From Octopus sinensis (Eukaryota): 49,166 bases of DNA. Position numbers and translations under genes: made by a program. The notes under the pieces are model-generated. The model had not been told where the DNA came from. It saw only the letters and a program-made list of their open reading frames with translations, and did no database searches. Within the stretch, counting starts at the first letter, position 1. Each line of letters begins with the position of its first letter. Positions 36,591 through 49,166 of this stretch are shown one piece after another. Where the stretch lies: positions 1 through 49,166 of the forward strand of contig NW_021835485.1 in the NCBI RefSeq assembly GCF_006345805.1, written 5' to 3'.

Positions 36591-37184
36591 ACACAGTACA
36601 CATTTTCGAAAGTAGATTTTACATGTATGCGTCTTTATCACTTTATCCTGTCTTATGAGATTAAAAAAAATTTCAATGACTCACATAAAAATTAATACAT
36701 ACAGACATACATACTCATATATAAATATAAATATATAGAGGTGTGAATGTATGTATGTGTGCGTGTGAATACACATTTGTATATACATATGTATATACAT
36801 TTATATATGCATATCTATATATTCATATATATATATCTATACATATATATATATAAGTATATATATATTTACATATAGCATGTATATGTATATACATATG
36901 TATATGTATTAACATATATGAATATATGAATATATATATATATATATTTAACGGCGGCGCATCAGCATGGCCGCAGCTCTGATCTGAAACAAGAAAAACG
37001 AAAAACGAAATATATAGATATATATATTATATTATGTAATATATATATATATACATACATATATATATATATGCTTATATATGTAATTCATATACATGCA
37101 CGGAAACACACACACACAAACACACATATTATACATATGCACCAAGCGTACGTATGTATATGTATGTATATTTATATATATATG

Positions 37185-37216
<32 letters not shown>

Positions 37217-37280
37217 TACATATATATGTATGTATATATATACGTATATAATGTATATATATATAATATATAGATATATA

Positions 37281-37316
<36 letters not shown>

Positions 37317-38226
37317 ATCTATTATATATATATTATATATATATATGAGAGAATAAAGCAAGTGCCATGAAAATGAGATGGAAGCTGCTTGCTCAAGCAT
37401 GCATGCAGAAACACCTACTCAAAACAACACAACAACGTTAATCACAGCGAAACACCGAAAACTGTAAACGCAATCACCTGAACGTATAAACGCCGTCACA
37501 AACACGGAACACAACGGAACCACTCACTGCGCAACACGTTATACAGAGAAACACACGATAATACACTTAAATACACACACATACAAATACCTACTCACAC
37601 ACGCACATATATATATATATGTATATAGATTTACGCAAGCTGGAGTATCTTTTTGCTATCTTTCCCTTTTCCCCCCATCTTAAATATTCTCCAAGCGCGA
37701 AAATTTGGAGATTTTAATTAAATCTTTCAATTTTCATTGGTGGTAAATACCAAGTAAGTTATATGGAGTAAATAGCGCTTATTTATCTATTTTGACTTTA
37801 ATATTGAATATTATACACACGCATAAACATAGACATACACACACAACGTTATATATATGTTTTTATATACAACATTTATATGTACAACATATATATATGT
37901 GTGTGTTTGCATTAGAGTATGTACGTATTTGTGTACCTGCTTGTGCTTGTGTTCATATCTATACATACAACATACATTATTAATATATCAATATATATAT
38001 TATATATATTATATATATGTATAGTATATATATAGTATACACATATATATTATAAGTATATATATGTGTATGTATATATATGTTTTAAATATTTATATAT
38101 GTATGTATATGTATATATATACATATAAATACACATATATACATATATATACATATATACATGCATATATGTATATACATATATCAATGTATATATATAT
38201 GTATAAATTGATAGACAGGTATTTGT

Positions 38227-38265
<39 letters not shown>

Positions 38266-38292
38266 CATATATACGAATATTTAAATATATTT

Positions 38293-38341
<49 letters not shown>

Positions 38342-38547
38342 AACAAATAGTTATGTAGATATATACATATGTATGTGCATACACACAAACATACACACGC
38401 GGGCACTCACATGTACGAAGACACAGGGATATATGTATACACTCATGTATCCAGTTGAAAGCACATATATACAAAAATGAAGACAGGTATAGGTTCACAA
38501 TCATACGTGCATTCATACATAATACGTACATACACATACATACAAAC

Positions 38548-38596
<49 letters not shown>

Positions 38597-38853
38597 ATAC
38601 ACAGACACATTTCTATGTACATAGTGTTATATGTGTATAAGTACATTATATGTACATATATATATATATATGTATATATATATGGGTGTGTGTATATTTA
38701 TATACGCATACATACATACATGTACACACACATCATGTGTGTATACACGTGGTTCTCTGTTGTTTAACTTCGTATAATATATAATTCGTTCTATGGGTAT
38801 GAGGTTCTTTGTATCTGTCGATTGGCCATTATTTCGCTCTACTACTACTACTA

Positions 38854-38913
<60 letters not shown>

Positions 38914-39698
38914 ACTACTACTACTACTACTACTACAAGTATCCTGAAAGCATTCAGATTATCGTTACAAACATAATCAACAACATTCGTAATGTTGTTA
39001 TTGTTTTTAGTTAATCTCCTAATATAATTACCATTGTCATTATTATTAATATTATTTTACGCTCGTTTGTTATTATTATTATTTTTCTTATATTTTCATT
39101 CCTATTTTTGTTTGTGATGTTGTTTCGAGTGTTGTTGCTTTCAATATTTATGTTGTTGTTTTGTTGTTGTTATGTGTGTTTTTTTTGTATTATTTTTGGC
39201 TGTTCTGAACTCTTTCTTCCTTTATTTCGTAAAATATGAGAAGCTTTTCAGTTCCTTTATATAATTAATATGAAACAATATAACGGCAATATTAGCCAAT
39301 ATATTACAATATAATGTACATACACACAGGCAGACACGAACATATAAATGCCTATAAACACTTATACATAAACACACACACACAAACATGCATATGTTAC
39401 ATACACACATAAATATATATATATGTATATATGTAAACTGTAATTATATGCATATACATTTATACATATATACACCTATAAATTAATTGTGTATATATAC
39501 TTTTGAATGTATGGATACATGCTTGTGTGTTTATCTACGTGAGTGTTTAGAAAAAGGAATCTTATATCTATTATGTGGCAGGCTGTACATAAATGCAGTG
39601 TACATACATACACACACGCATATAAAAGAGGGCATGCATATATATGTACGTATATACATACATACCATATATATATATATATATATATATAGATATAC

Positions 39699-39732
<34 letters not shown>

Positions 39733-39742
39733 TATATATATA

Positions 39743-39800
<58 letters not shown>

Positions 39801-40000
39801 TATATATTATATATATATAGATATATATATGTATATATATACTATATTACTATATATATGTTACGTATACAGACATATGTATATACACATACATATGTGT
39901 GTTTATGTGTGTGTATGTATATATACATACATACACATGTACATACGTAAATGCTTAAATATATGCGTTTCTGCATGTATGTGTGTATCTCCATAAGTAT
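35895..40000. repeat. Large (TA)n/(CA)n/(CT)n field including a (CTA)n tract at ~38838-38935, with short unique islands
   Basis: Read directly from the sequence. Confidence 0.85.
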
Positions 40001-40329
40001 GTACATAGGCACGCCCGCGCGCGCTTTTTTTTTTTTTTGCTTTATTTGTGTTCATCCTTTCTCGGAATAATTCTTGTTTACTGAGCATGTTTCTCACCGG
40101 GAATTCCGGCGTCTGCGGCCATCACTTCGGTTTCATAAGTGAACCGAAATAAATTCACTACGCGCACACACACACGCACGCACGCACACAAAGACACACA
40201 ACACACACACACACACACACACACATATGTATGTATGTATGCTTGTATTCTTTAATTATTTTTAATTATATTGCCTATCTTTATTTGTCCGACGACGCCA
40301 CTCCGTGTTTGCTTATGTCTTTAGTTTGA

Positions 40330-40413
<84 letters not shown>

Positions 40414-40766
40414 ATTATTATGACTATTATTTCAGTTACTAATTAAATACAATTACGTATAAAGTGTATCCGAGATATTAATGTTTTCCTCCTGGATTGT
40501 GCGCGAAAGTAACAGACCGACCTGTGACGCATTTCATCTCCTTACAATGTAACTAATTATGACGAAAAGCCGGCAATATAATCAACGATTAGTCGCTAAT
40601 GGCTACAAACACAACCAAAGAGGCTGAACTATGGATACATAAAAAGATGAAGTAATAAAGATGTAAAAGCTGATGGAAATACGTATAACATAATTATATT
40701 ATAACAGAGAATTTACAAATAATACTAAGACAAAGAAGGACCAATAGCTTACAAGGAAGGTGATGA

Positions 40767-41137
40767 TGGAAGCACTCCGTCGGTTACGACGACGAGGGTT
40801 CCGGTTGATCCGAATCAACGGAACAGCCTGCTCATGAAATTAACGTGTAAGTGGCTGAGCACTCCACAGACACGTGTACCCTTAACGTAGTTCTCGGGGA
40901 TATTCAGCGTGACACAGAGAGTGACAAGGCCGGCCCTTGAAATACAGGTACAACATAAACAGGAAGTAAGAATGAGAGAAAGTTGTGGTGAAAGAGTACA
41001 GCAGGGATCACCACCATCCCCTGCCGGAGCCTCGTGGAGCTTTTAGGTGTTTTCGCTCAATAAACACTCACAACGCCCGGTATGGGAATCGAAACCGCGA
41101 GTCCGCTGCCCTAACCACTGGGCCATTGCGCCTCCAC
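40767..41137 (-). mobile_element. SINE family C, near full length
   Basis: Perfect 15-bp TSD CAAGGAAGGTGATGA at 40752-40766 and 41139-41153. Has a ~14-bp deletion in the head between repeated ACCGCGA. Confidence 0.92.
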
Positions 41138-41204
41138 TCAAGGAAGGTGATGAACAGATTATATAACCAGACGCAAATAAGTAGTTATATAATCTTATTT
41201 CTAT

Positions 41205-41390
41205 AGGCACAATATCTGGCGTTTTAGCTGAAGGGGCTCACGATGTCATCGACTCCGCTGCTTCATGGGTTCATGTCTCATCGACCTGGAAGAGATGAAA
41301 GTCGGATTTTAGATTAAGGCAGTAAAGAACTGGAAGAAATGTCGCCAAGCATTTTTGCCCTGGACGGTAACACTTTTGCCGGTTCGCCTA
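41205..41390 (-). mobile_element. SINE family B, strongly diverged
   Basis: TCATCGACCTGGAAAGATGAAA...GCCAAGCATTTTTGCCC...GCCGGTTCGCC. Confidence 0.5.
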
Positions 41391-41586
41391 ATTACAAGCA
41401 GTTGTATATTCGAAAGACGTTGAGGAAAAATACGAACAGTATTATGAATGATCGGCTATATAAATAAGCAAGGAGATTCATCAAACATGGAAGCAAAGAA
41501 TATAATAACCAGATATACACAAGATACGTAACAATTATTAGTAACGAAGTATATATCTAATGAGCAATGACTAACAATATTAACAT

Positions 41587-41756
41587 AGGCGTAGGAGTGG
41601 CTATGTGGTAAGTAGCTTGCTTACCAACCACATGGTTCCGGGTTCAGTCTCACTGCGAGGCACTTTGGGCAAGTGTCTTCTACTATAGCCTCGGGCCGAT
41701 CAAAGCCATGTGAGTGGATTTGGTAGATGGAAAATGAAAGAGGCCCGTCTATTTAT

Positions 41757-41795
<39 letters not shown>

Positions 41796-41850
41796 CTATA
41801 TATATATATGCATATATAAGACGGGCTTCTTTCATACATACATGCATATA

Positions 41851-41904
<54 letters not shown>

Positions 41905-42000
41905 TATATATATGTATGTATGTGTGTGTGTGCGTATGTTGTGTTCTCACCACAACATCGCTTGACAACCGATGCTGGTGTGTTTAACCTGTCCGGCTAT
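41587..42000 (+). mobile_element. SINE family A with expanded (TA)n and partial tail
   Basis: Head 41587-41750; tail fragment CGCTTGACAACCGATGCTGGTGTGTTT near 41960-41985. Confidence 0.8.
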
Positions 42001-42264
42001 ATATATATATTTAGCGTATATATATATATATATATATATATAATAAAGTAAAAAGTAAAAGAGTCAAAAGGAAAGTACGGTTAGGCAACTTTTTAATCGC
42101 TATAAATGTCTCGATACATACAGATCCTCGTATATACCGACTATAAACTTGGCGGGAATGGAACCAAAGCATAACAAAACGAGACGAGCTTTGGGCCACA
42201 TGAAGACACTTTACGACAGTTTTCATTTCTCCTTCACGCTACCCAAGGCGTTTTGTTGTATATG

Positions 42265-42653
42265 TGGAAGCACTCCGTCGGTCACGACGACGAGGGTTCC
42301 GGTTGATCCAAATCAACGGAACAGCCTGCTCGTGAAATTAATGTGTAAGTGACTGAACACTCCACAGACACACGTGCACCCTTAACGTAGTTCTCGGGGA
42401 TATTCAGCGTGACACAGAGAGTGGCAAGGCCGGCCCTTTGAAATACAGGTACAACAGAAACAGGAAGTAAGAGTGAGAGAAAGTTGTGGTGAAAGAGTAC
42501 AGTAGGGATCACCACCATCTCCTGCCGGAGCCTTGTGAAGCTTTTTAGGTGTTTTCGCTCAATAAACACTGATAACGCTCGGTCTGGGAATCGAAACCGC
42601 GATCCTACGACCGCGAGTCCGCTGCCCTAACCACTGGGCCATTGCGCCTCCAC
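42265..42653 (-). mobile_element. SINE family C, full length
   Basis: Complete copy. TSD GTTGTATATG(T) / GTTGTCTATGT with 1 mismatch. Confidence 0.92.
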
Positions 42654-42848
42654 GTTGTCTATGTATTCTCATTATTAATAGTTGTCTTCGCCTGACCCTT
42701 ATCCTTTATCCTGTTTATCTCGTCTCTCGTCCGTCCACTGGCGGTTTCGTCTCGCATTACAAAAAAGGAAAAAACCAGCAAGCATTTACTAATAATAAAT
42801 TACAAATAATTCTATGATAATAATATGAGTGCTATATAAGTATTTAGA

Positions 42849-43231
42849 GGAGGCGCAATGGCCCATTGGTTAGGGCAGCGGACTCGCGGTCGTAGGATCG
42901 AGGTTTCGATTCCCAGACCGGGCGTTGTGAGTGTTTATTGAGCGAAAACACCTAATGCCCCACGAGGCTCCGGCAGGGGATGGTGGTGATCCCTGCTGTA
43001 CTCTTTCACCACAACTTTCTCTCACTCTTACTTCCTGTTTCTGTTGTACCTGTATTTTCAAAGGACCGGCCTTGTCACTCTCTGTGTCACGCTGAATATC
43101 CCCGAGAACTACGTTAAGGGTACACGTGTCTGTGGAGTGCTCAGCCACTTACACGTTAATTTCACGAGCAGGCTGTTCCGTTGATCGGATCAACCGGAAC
43201 CCTCGTCGTGGTAACCGACGGAGTGCTTCCA
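42849..43231 (+). mobile_element. SINE family C, full length
   Basis: Complete copy. TSD ATAAGTATTTA at 42836-42846 and 43235-43245. Confidence 0.92.
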
Positions 43232-43780
43232 TGGATAAGTATTTAAGAAGGAGTAATTAACACGAATAAGATAATTTTTAATTTTAGGATATGCCAACGT
43301 TTTATTTATATTTTTAATCGTTGTCTTGTTTCAGTCACTGGATTGCGCCCGTGATGATGTCCCGCTTTGAAAACGCACCGACTCAAGTACACATGTTATT
43401 GCTTCAGGTGTGGTATTTCTAATGCACTGTTTTTGTTGTGTCCTGTCGACACTGTTATGTCCTTTCTGAAATCACTATATATGCCACTTGACAACGTGGA
43501 CTTATAACAAGGTTATAAATAACAGTATAAATATCAATCAGATACAACGCGTAACAAACGATATCTCTTCTCAACGACTTCTACAACTGTCTTCACAAAC
43601 CACCGACAATGCGCATGCGCCATTGTACGGTTTAGGACTGTTGACTTGCTAACTCACAGGGATGTCAGGATTTTATCACAAAACTTTTGCAGAGATGCTA
43701 TTGTACAAGGACGTCAACAAACCAGCACCAGATGTCAAGCGAAGAGAATGTGTGACAAATACAGGCACAATGACACACAC

Positions 43781-43860
<80 letters not shown>
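43781..43860. repeat. (ATCT)20 array at the 5' junction of the LINE
   Basis: Read directly from the sequence. Confidence 0.95.
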
Positions 43861-46033
43861 CTGGTCGACAAGGCGCAAACATGCGCCGTGCCAGGCCGGA
43901 CCATCCATGACAACCTCCATCTGATGCGCTACATCATAGACAGGGTAGTTAACGAACCTGGCATGGGTGGGGCCCTGATCAACTTGGATCAATCGAAAGC
44001 CTTTGATAGGGTAGACCATCGATACTTGGAGGCAGTCCTGAGAGCGGCTGGTTTCGGTCCCGTCTTCCGCGGCTGGATAGCTGCCTTGTACAGAGGCATC
44101 TGTTCGGTAATTCGCTTAAATGGACATCTATCGAGACCTTTCGACATTGCACGTTCGGTCCGTCAGGGATGCCCCCTCTCGGCGCTTCTATACGTATTGA
44201 CTCTTGAGCACTACTGCGGAAGCTGGCGACTCTAAGGGGCATCCCGCGAGAATTGGGATGCGGGACGAGCGTGTCTGCATACGCGGACGACGTCACCGCA
44301 TAGTGTCTAGCCACGAGCACATCGAGCTGGTCGGCGAGACACTGAAAACTACGAAGCGGTGACAGGAGCGAAAATCAACCGGGAAAAGTCAGTGGGCTGC
44401 GACTAGACACCTGGAGAAGCAAGCCATGCCGTCCACCAGCGCCTCCGTCGTGGACGCTGGACCGACGGCCCGGTTGAGTTGCTCGGGGTCTGGTTGGTCC
44501 GGACCTCCAAGTGGAGAAGAACTGGAACGAGATAACGAGTAGGGTGGTCACTCTCGCCCGGCAATGGGCCGAGAGGAAACTGTCCTAAAAGGTCGAGCGG
44601 AGGTAGCGAACACGTACATCGCGTCCGTCATCTACTACCGCCTGACCGTCGTACCTTGTCCCGACCCTACCATCACAAACTACAACGCATCCCTTTCGCT
44701 TCTTGTGGAAAGGATGCGTCCCGATGGTCAGGCGATCCATTTGCTGTCAACACCCGTTAAAAGGAGGGCTGGGCATGCCGTGGTTGATGATGCGCAGACA
44801 CGCGCTGAGACTGCGACATCTCTGGCTCTATGTAGACGACGGTGAACAGGTGTGGTCGCCGTTTGTGAGGCACGCTTTCCCGCAGCTCGTCTCCATGACC
44901 GAACTGCAGTCGTGGATCAAAAAGAGCCGAGGAAGGGCGAATGGCACCGCGAGTGTCGCGTTGCTCTCAAGCAACTCTGCCGTCCTGGGTCGACCTTAAG
45001 TGGACTTCAACACAACCAAAGTATTCTATAGGGGTTTAGTGGAGGGGAGGTACGACGACGAGCTCGGGCGAACCTGGACGTCGACGAGGAGTACCTGACC
45101 CGCCTGTTCAGGACGACTTTCGGGCCAGGGCCCATGGACAACTTCCAGAGATCCCTGGCCTGGCAGTGCTACCGAGAAGCGCTACCCGTTCGGGATAAGC
45201 TCTACAGACACGGCTCGAGAAAACGGGGCCGACCTGCCCGAGATGCGGTCAGAGCGACGAAACCGTTCTGCACGCACTCGTTCAGTGTCCAACAATTTCC
45301 GACCTGTGGGCTTATGTCGAACAACTGCTGTCACGTGTGGGACGAGTCGGTTTATCAGCTGAGTCTATCGTCAATATGTCACGCCTCCTTCCTTCAAACG
45401 GGAAGAAGAGCTATTTTCATCATCCTTGTGGCTATGGCGAAGAATGTATTGTATCTGGTGGACGCGTCTGAAAGGATTGGAGACAAACACTTTCCTCTCT
45501 GGTCAATCTCTCATCAACTTCTTCAAGTACCACTTGAAAAGGAAAGTGAGAGTAGAGAGGCAAGTTTTGTCTAGCGAATGTTTTAAAAAAAGATGGGTGA
45601 ATGTAGCAAGAATGGCACGTATGAATGACGAAGCCACCTTGAGCATAGTCCTATGAACCCAGAAATCGAAAACAGAGAGTTGCTTATTTGCAAAAAAAAA
45701 AAAAAAAAAAAAATATAAAATGTGACTTCATTGACCGAGGTTACCGTGGTCTTTTCCGTAGGCTTTTCTTTCCACGGGTAAACCTGTAAACCTCACCTGT
45801 CCTCCCCTTTACACTTCATATTGACATTTCTGTGATAACGATCCCTATTGATCATTTTTTTTTTTCTCTCCCTCTTTTTTTTAACCCCCCTTTTTTTGTC
45901 TTCTTTCTCTCCTTTTACGATCCCTTTTGATCGAAACTCCCCCTTCCTTTTTTTTTTTTTAACCTTCAAAAGAAAAGCTCTACCTTGTAATTTGTTCTAT
46001 CTGTGTGCAGCCCTGGGTGGCTAATAAAGAAAC
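43861..46033 (+). mobile_element. 5'-truncated L1/Tx1-clade LINE (RT, CCHC knuckle, 3' UTR), frameshifted
   Basis: QTCAVPGRTIHDNL...LDQSKAFDRVDH...VRQGCPLS.LLY...SAYADDVT...GAKINREKS...KGRAEVAN...GGLGMP...CPRCGQSDETVLHALVQCP. Stop at 45656; AATAAA at 46023-46028. Confidence 0.92.
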
Positions 46034-46034
46034 A

Positions 46035-46165
46035 TATCTATCTATCTATCTATCTATCTAATATATCTATCTATCTATCTATCTATCTGTCTGTCTGCTG
46101 TCTATCTATATACCTATCTATCTATCTATCTATCTGTCTATCTGTCTATATCATCTCATCTTATA

Positions 46166-46199
<34 letters not shown>

Positions 46200-46339
46200 A
46201 CTATCTTATCTATCATCTATATATCTATCTATCTAACTATCTATCAATCTATTTATTATCCAACCATCCATCTATCTATCTATCTATCTATCTATCATCT
46301 ATCTAAATCTATCTATATATAATCTATCTATCTATCTAT
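46035..46339. repeat. Degenerate (TATC)n array
   Basis: Read directly from the sequence. Confidence 0.95.
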
Positions 46340-46574
46340 AATTCTCTTTCCTTTGTTCCTTTTCCTTTTCTTTTTTTCTTTTTATTCTTTTTATTTTATT
46401 CATTTTTTTTGTTTTGGTTTTTGTTCTTTTCTGCCCTTTTACGATCCCTCTTGATCGAAAACCTACGCCACCCCTTTTTTTTTCTTTTGTTTTTTGTCTC
46501 TTCATCCCCAAAAGAAAAGCTCTACCTTGTAACTTGTCCCATCTGTGTGCAGCCTTGGTTGGCAATAAAGAAAC
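46340..46574 (+). mobile_element. Second, short 3' UTR fragment of a related Tx1-like family
   Basis: Shares TTTTACGATCCC..TTGATCGAAA and AAAAGAAAAGCTCTACCTTGTAA.TTGT.C.ATCTGTGTGCAGCC.TGG.TGGC-AATAAAGAAAC with 45914-46033. Confidence 0.85.
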
Positions 46575-46602
46575 TTATCTGTCTATCTAACTATCTATCT
46601 AT

Positions 46603-46677
<75 letters not shown>

Positions 46678-46770
46678 GTCTATCTGTCTATCTGTTACCT
46701 GTTTATCTGCTTGTTTGTCTGTCTGTCTCAGTCTGTCGGTCACTCTGTCTGTTTGTCTCTCTCTCTCTAT
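46575..46770. repeat. (TATC)n grading into (TGTC)n and (CT)n
   Basis: Read directly from the sequence. Confidence 0.95.
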
Positions 46771-46787
46771 ATATATACTCTCTCTTA

Positions 46788-47293
46788 CTCCTCCTCCCTT
46801 GCTCACGTGGCGCCCACGTGACCATCGCCCATCTTTCCTTCTTTCTCTCCGTTGCAGCTGGAGCAAGGAAGACGTGTTTTTGTTTGTCTTCTGTCCTAGC
46901 TAGATTTACTCGTTCGCCCCTCAACCTCGTTTCGGCTTAGCAGCCTTTCCTGTTTGTTGTCACTGTCCTGTTTGTGTTACCTATTTTGACCCTCTACAAA
47001 ATCCCAAATTTTATTTAATTTGCATTGCGGGAGCAACTGTTTAATCGAAAGCGTATATTGTTGTTAAATGCTCGAAATACGAGACTAGAAAAACAGTGAA
47101 CAACTGATGAAGCAGCGCTTATTATGTTTATTTTGTTTTCCATTTGTGTCCTTCGTTGTTCGAGAGAATAGTTCATGTTCCATGTACTCGTGCTTCGTAC
47201 TTTTTTGCTGTACACGTTTCATGAAGTCATGTGCCCACATATGCATATATATATGTATAGATCTAAGTATGTACATATACGTATGTATATATG

Positions 47294-47334
<41 letters not shown>

Positions 47335-47980
47335 TATATCATTATATTATTGAACGCCACGCACCCTCCCCCACGTAAGTTGTTTCTTAATAATTCTGAT
47401 GCGCTCTCTATACGATCTTTTACCTTTTCCGTTTTTTTCTCTTTTTCCCTCTCTTTTATTCTTTTACCGCCTCTTCTCTTACTATTCTATCCCATTACTC
47501 TGTCACTCTCTCTCTCTCTCTCATTCCTCCTCCCTTGCTCATGTGACTCCCACGTGACCATCGATCATTTTTCCTTCTTTCTTTCCGATGTAGCTGGAAC
47601 AAGGAAAACGTGTTCTTGTTTGTTTCCTGTACTAGCTTGATTTACGCGTTCGCCAACGCAACCTCGTATCGGCTTATCAGCCTTTCCTGGTTGGTTTCAC
47701 TGTCCTGTTTGTGTTACCTATTTTGACTCTCTGCAAAATCCCAAATTTTATTTAATTTGCTTTGTGGGAGCAACTGTTTTATCGGAAGTGTCTATTGTTG
47801 TTAAATGCTCGAAATACGAAACTAGAAAAACAGCCCAAAACTGATGAAACGTCGTTCTTTATGTTGTTTGTCTAGTTTTCCATTTGTGTCTCTCGTTATT
47901 CGAAAAAATAGTTCATGTTCCATGTACTTGTGCTTCTTACATTTTTGGTGTACACAGTTCCTGTGGCCACATATGCATAT
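46788..47980. repeat. Two diverged direct copies of a ~460-bp unit (46788-47250 and 47525-47980)
   Basis: Shared blocks include CACGTGACCATCG (46815 and 47551), CACTGTCCTGTTTGTGTTACCTATTTTGAC, CAAAATCCCAAATTTTATTTAATTTGC and AATAGTTCATGTTCCATGTACT. Confidence 0.9.
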
Positions 47981-49166
47981 ATATATATAATCCGATGTGT
48001 TCAGTATTACATATTTATTATGGTCGGTTTTACCAATCGGTTTCGTGCTATGTATTCGATGGAATGTTAGGTAACAATCCGATTATGTAACACTACGCTC
48101 ATCAGCTGATATGGAATGAAATATGGCGACTAATTGTGTCCATATTTTCAGAACACCGAACTTGGCACTGCTCTATTTTTCTTTTTAGATGTTAAATCTT
48201 TGCCTGTCCAATGTATTTTCATAAGTTCCTCTGACACGTCCAATTTTCTTTTCTGCCTTGTAGTTAACAATTTCTCCATGCATGCTGAGTAATATAAATA
48301 TCTTATTTCATAAATCCTAAGTTAATCTGGTCGTTGGAAAAACTGGGAAGTTGTATCTTATATTATATAATAAGGCCATGGTCATATGTCTTGTATATCG
48401 TATGGGATACACAGAAGAGGCAAAGTGTTAAATTCATTGTAGCATTTTCCCAAAGAGCGAACGTCTCTTCTATACTATAGTAAATTTTATCTTTGTCAAT
48501 AATATTTTTCAGCCAATCACAGTCCCCGTTACAATGCTGCTTTCGGTTTTAAAGCAACGTTATTTTAATACTTCTTGTGACGGCCGCAGAAAATGGGGAC
48601 ACAAGATATAATTAACTGTCATTGTAACGGAAGAGCTTAGAGAAATAAGCATTAGAATTATTTATGAACTACGTAGGAGGATTAATGAAGATCAAATACA
48701 GACTGATATAGCTCTGTATTAATTTGTATCTGTAAATTAAAATTTCGTTTCAGTATGTACTTTAATTTTCCTTCCTTCTCATATATTCTGAGTATTATGG
48801 TACGCTGAAGTATATATATTCCTATGAGGCAGACGTTAGAGACATACAAAGAGTGCACTTTACAGGACGATTATGAAATACAGAACTTGAATATCCATTT
48901 ATATACATACATATAGAGCTGCCACATTTGATATAATATATATGTGATATATATATATACATATATATATGTGTGTGCGTGTATGTGTGTATGTATATAC
49001 ATATACTTATATATACATTTATATATATACATACATATACATATAAATGTATACATCCATATATACACATACATACATATACATACGTACATATATATAT
49101 ATAAATGAATGCAAAATGAAGATATACAATTGTCAATTCAAGAATTAAAAGTTTACATTTATTATA

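Noticed and set aside
43610-43620. TGCGCATGCGC, an NRF1-like site, as a promoter
   Set aside because: A single motif with no supporting promoter context or adjacent gene.
48000-48800. Unique AT-rich stretch as a transposase remnant or exon
   Set aside because: All frames I tried are interrupted and show no recognisable motif.

Overview
AT-rich eukaryotic DNA made almost entirely of repeats and microsatellites. The SINE families and the di/tri/tetranucleotide arrays look like coleoid cephalopod (Octopus-like) DNA; this is my recognition from memory, not a database hit. I find no intact protein-coding gene. The only host-gene sequence is a truncated MED11 (Mediator subunit 11) fragment at 13034-13240 (-), joined tail-to-tail to a decayed R4/Dong-like LINE. 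The rest is more than 25 tRNA-derived SINE copies (labelled locally A-F), decayed non-LTR retrotransposons (R4/Dong-like, HERO-like, L1/Tx1-like, possibly CRE-like), a deleted mariner, a MITE, two fragments with hammerhead-like motifs, a near-perfect 241-bp palindrome and many simple repeats. The main theme is that different retroelements sit in different microsatellites. A Tx1-clade LINE has all its junctions in (TATC)n. A head-to-tail train of four restriction-like-endonuclease (RLE) LINE 3' ends is linked by (TAA)n. Hammerhead-like fragments and mariner ends sit in (TA)n tracts, several of them inside family A SINEs. Coordinates were counted by eye: target-site duplications (TSDs), junctions and motifs should be close, while boundaries of decayed elements are approximate (+/-20-30 bp). 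Identity levels are visual estimates.
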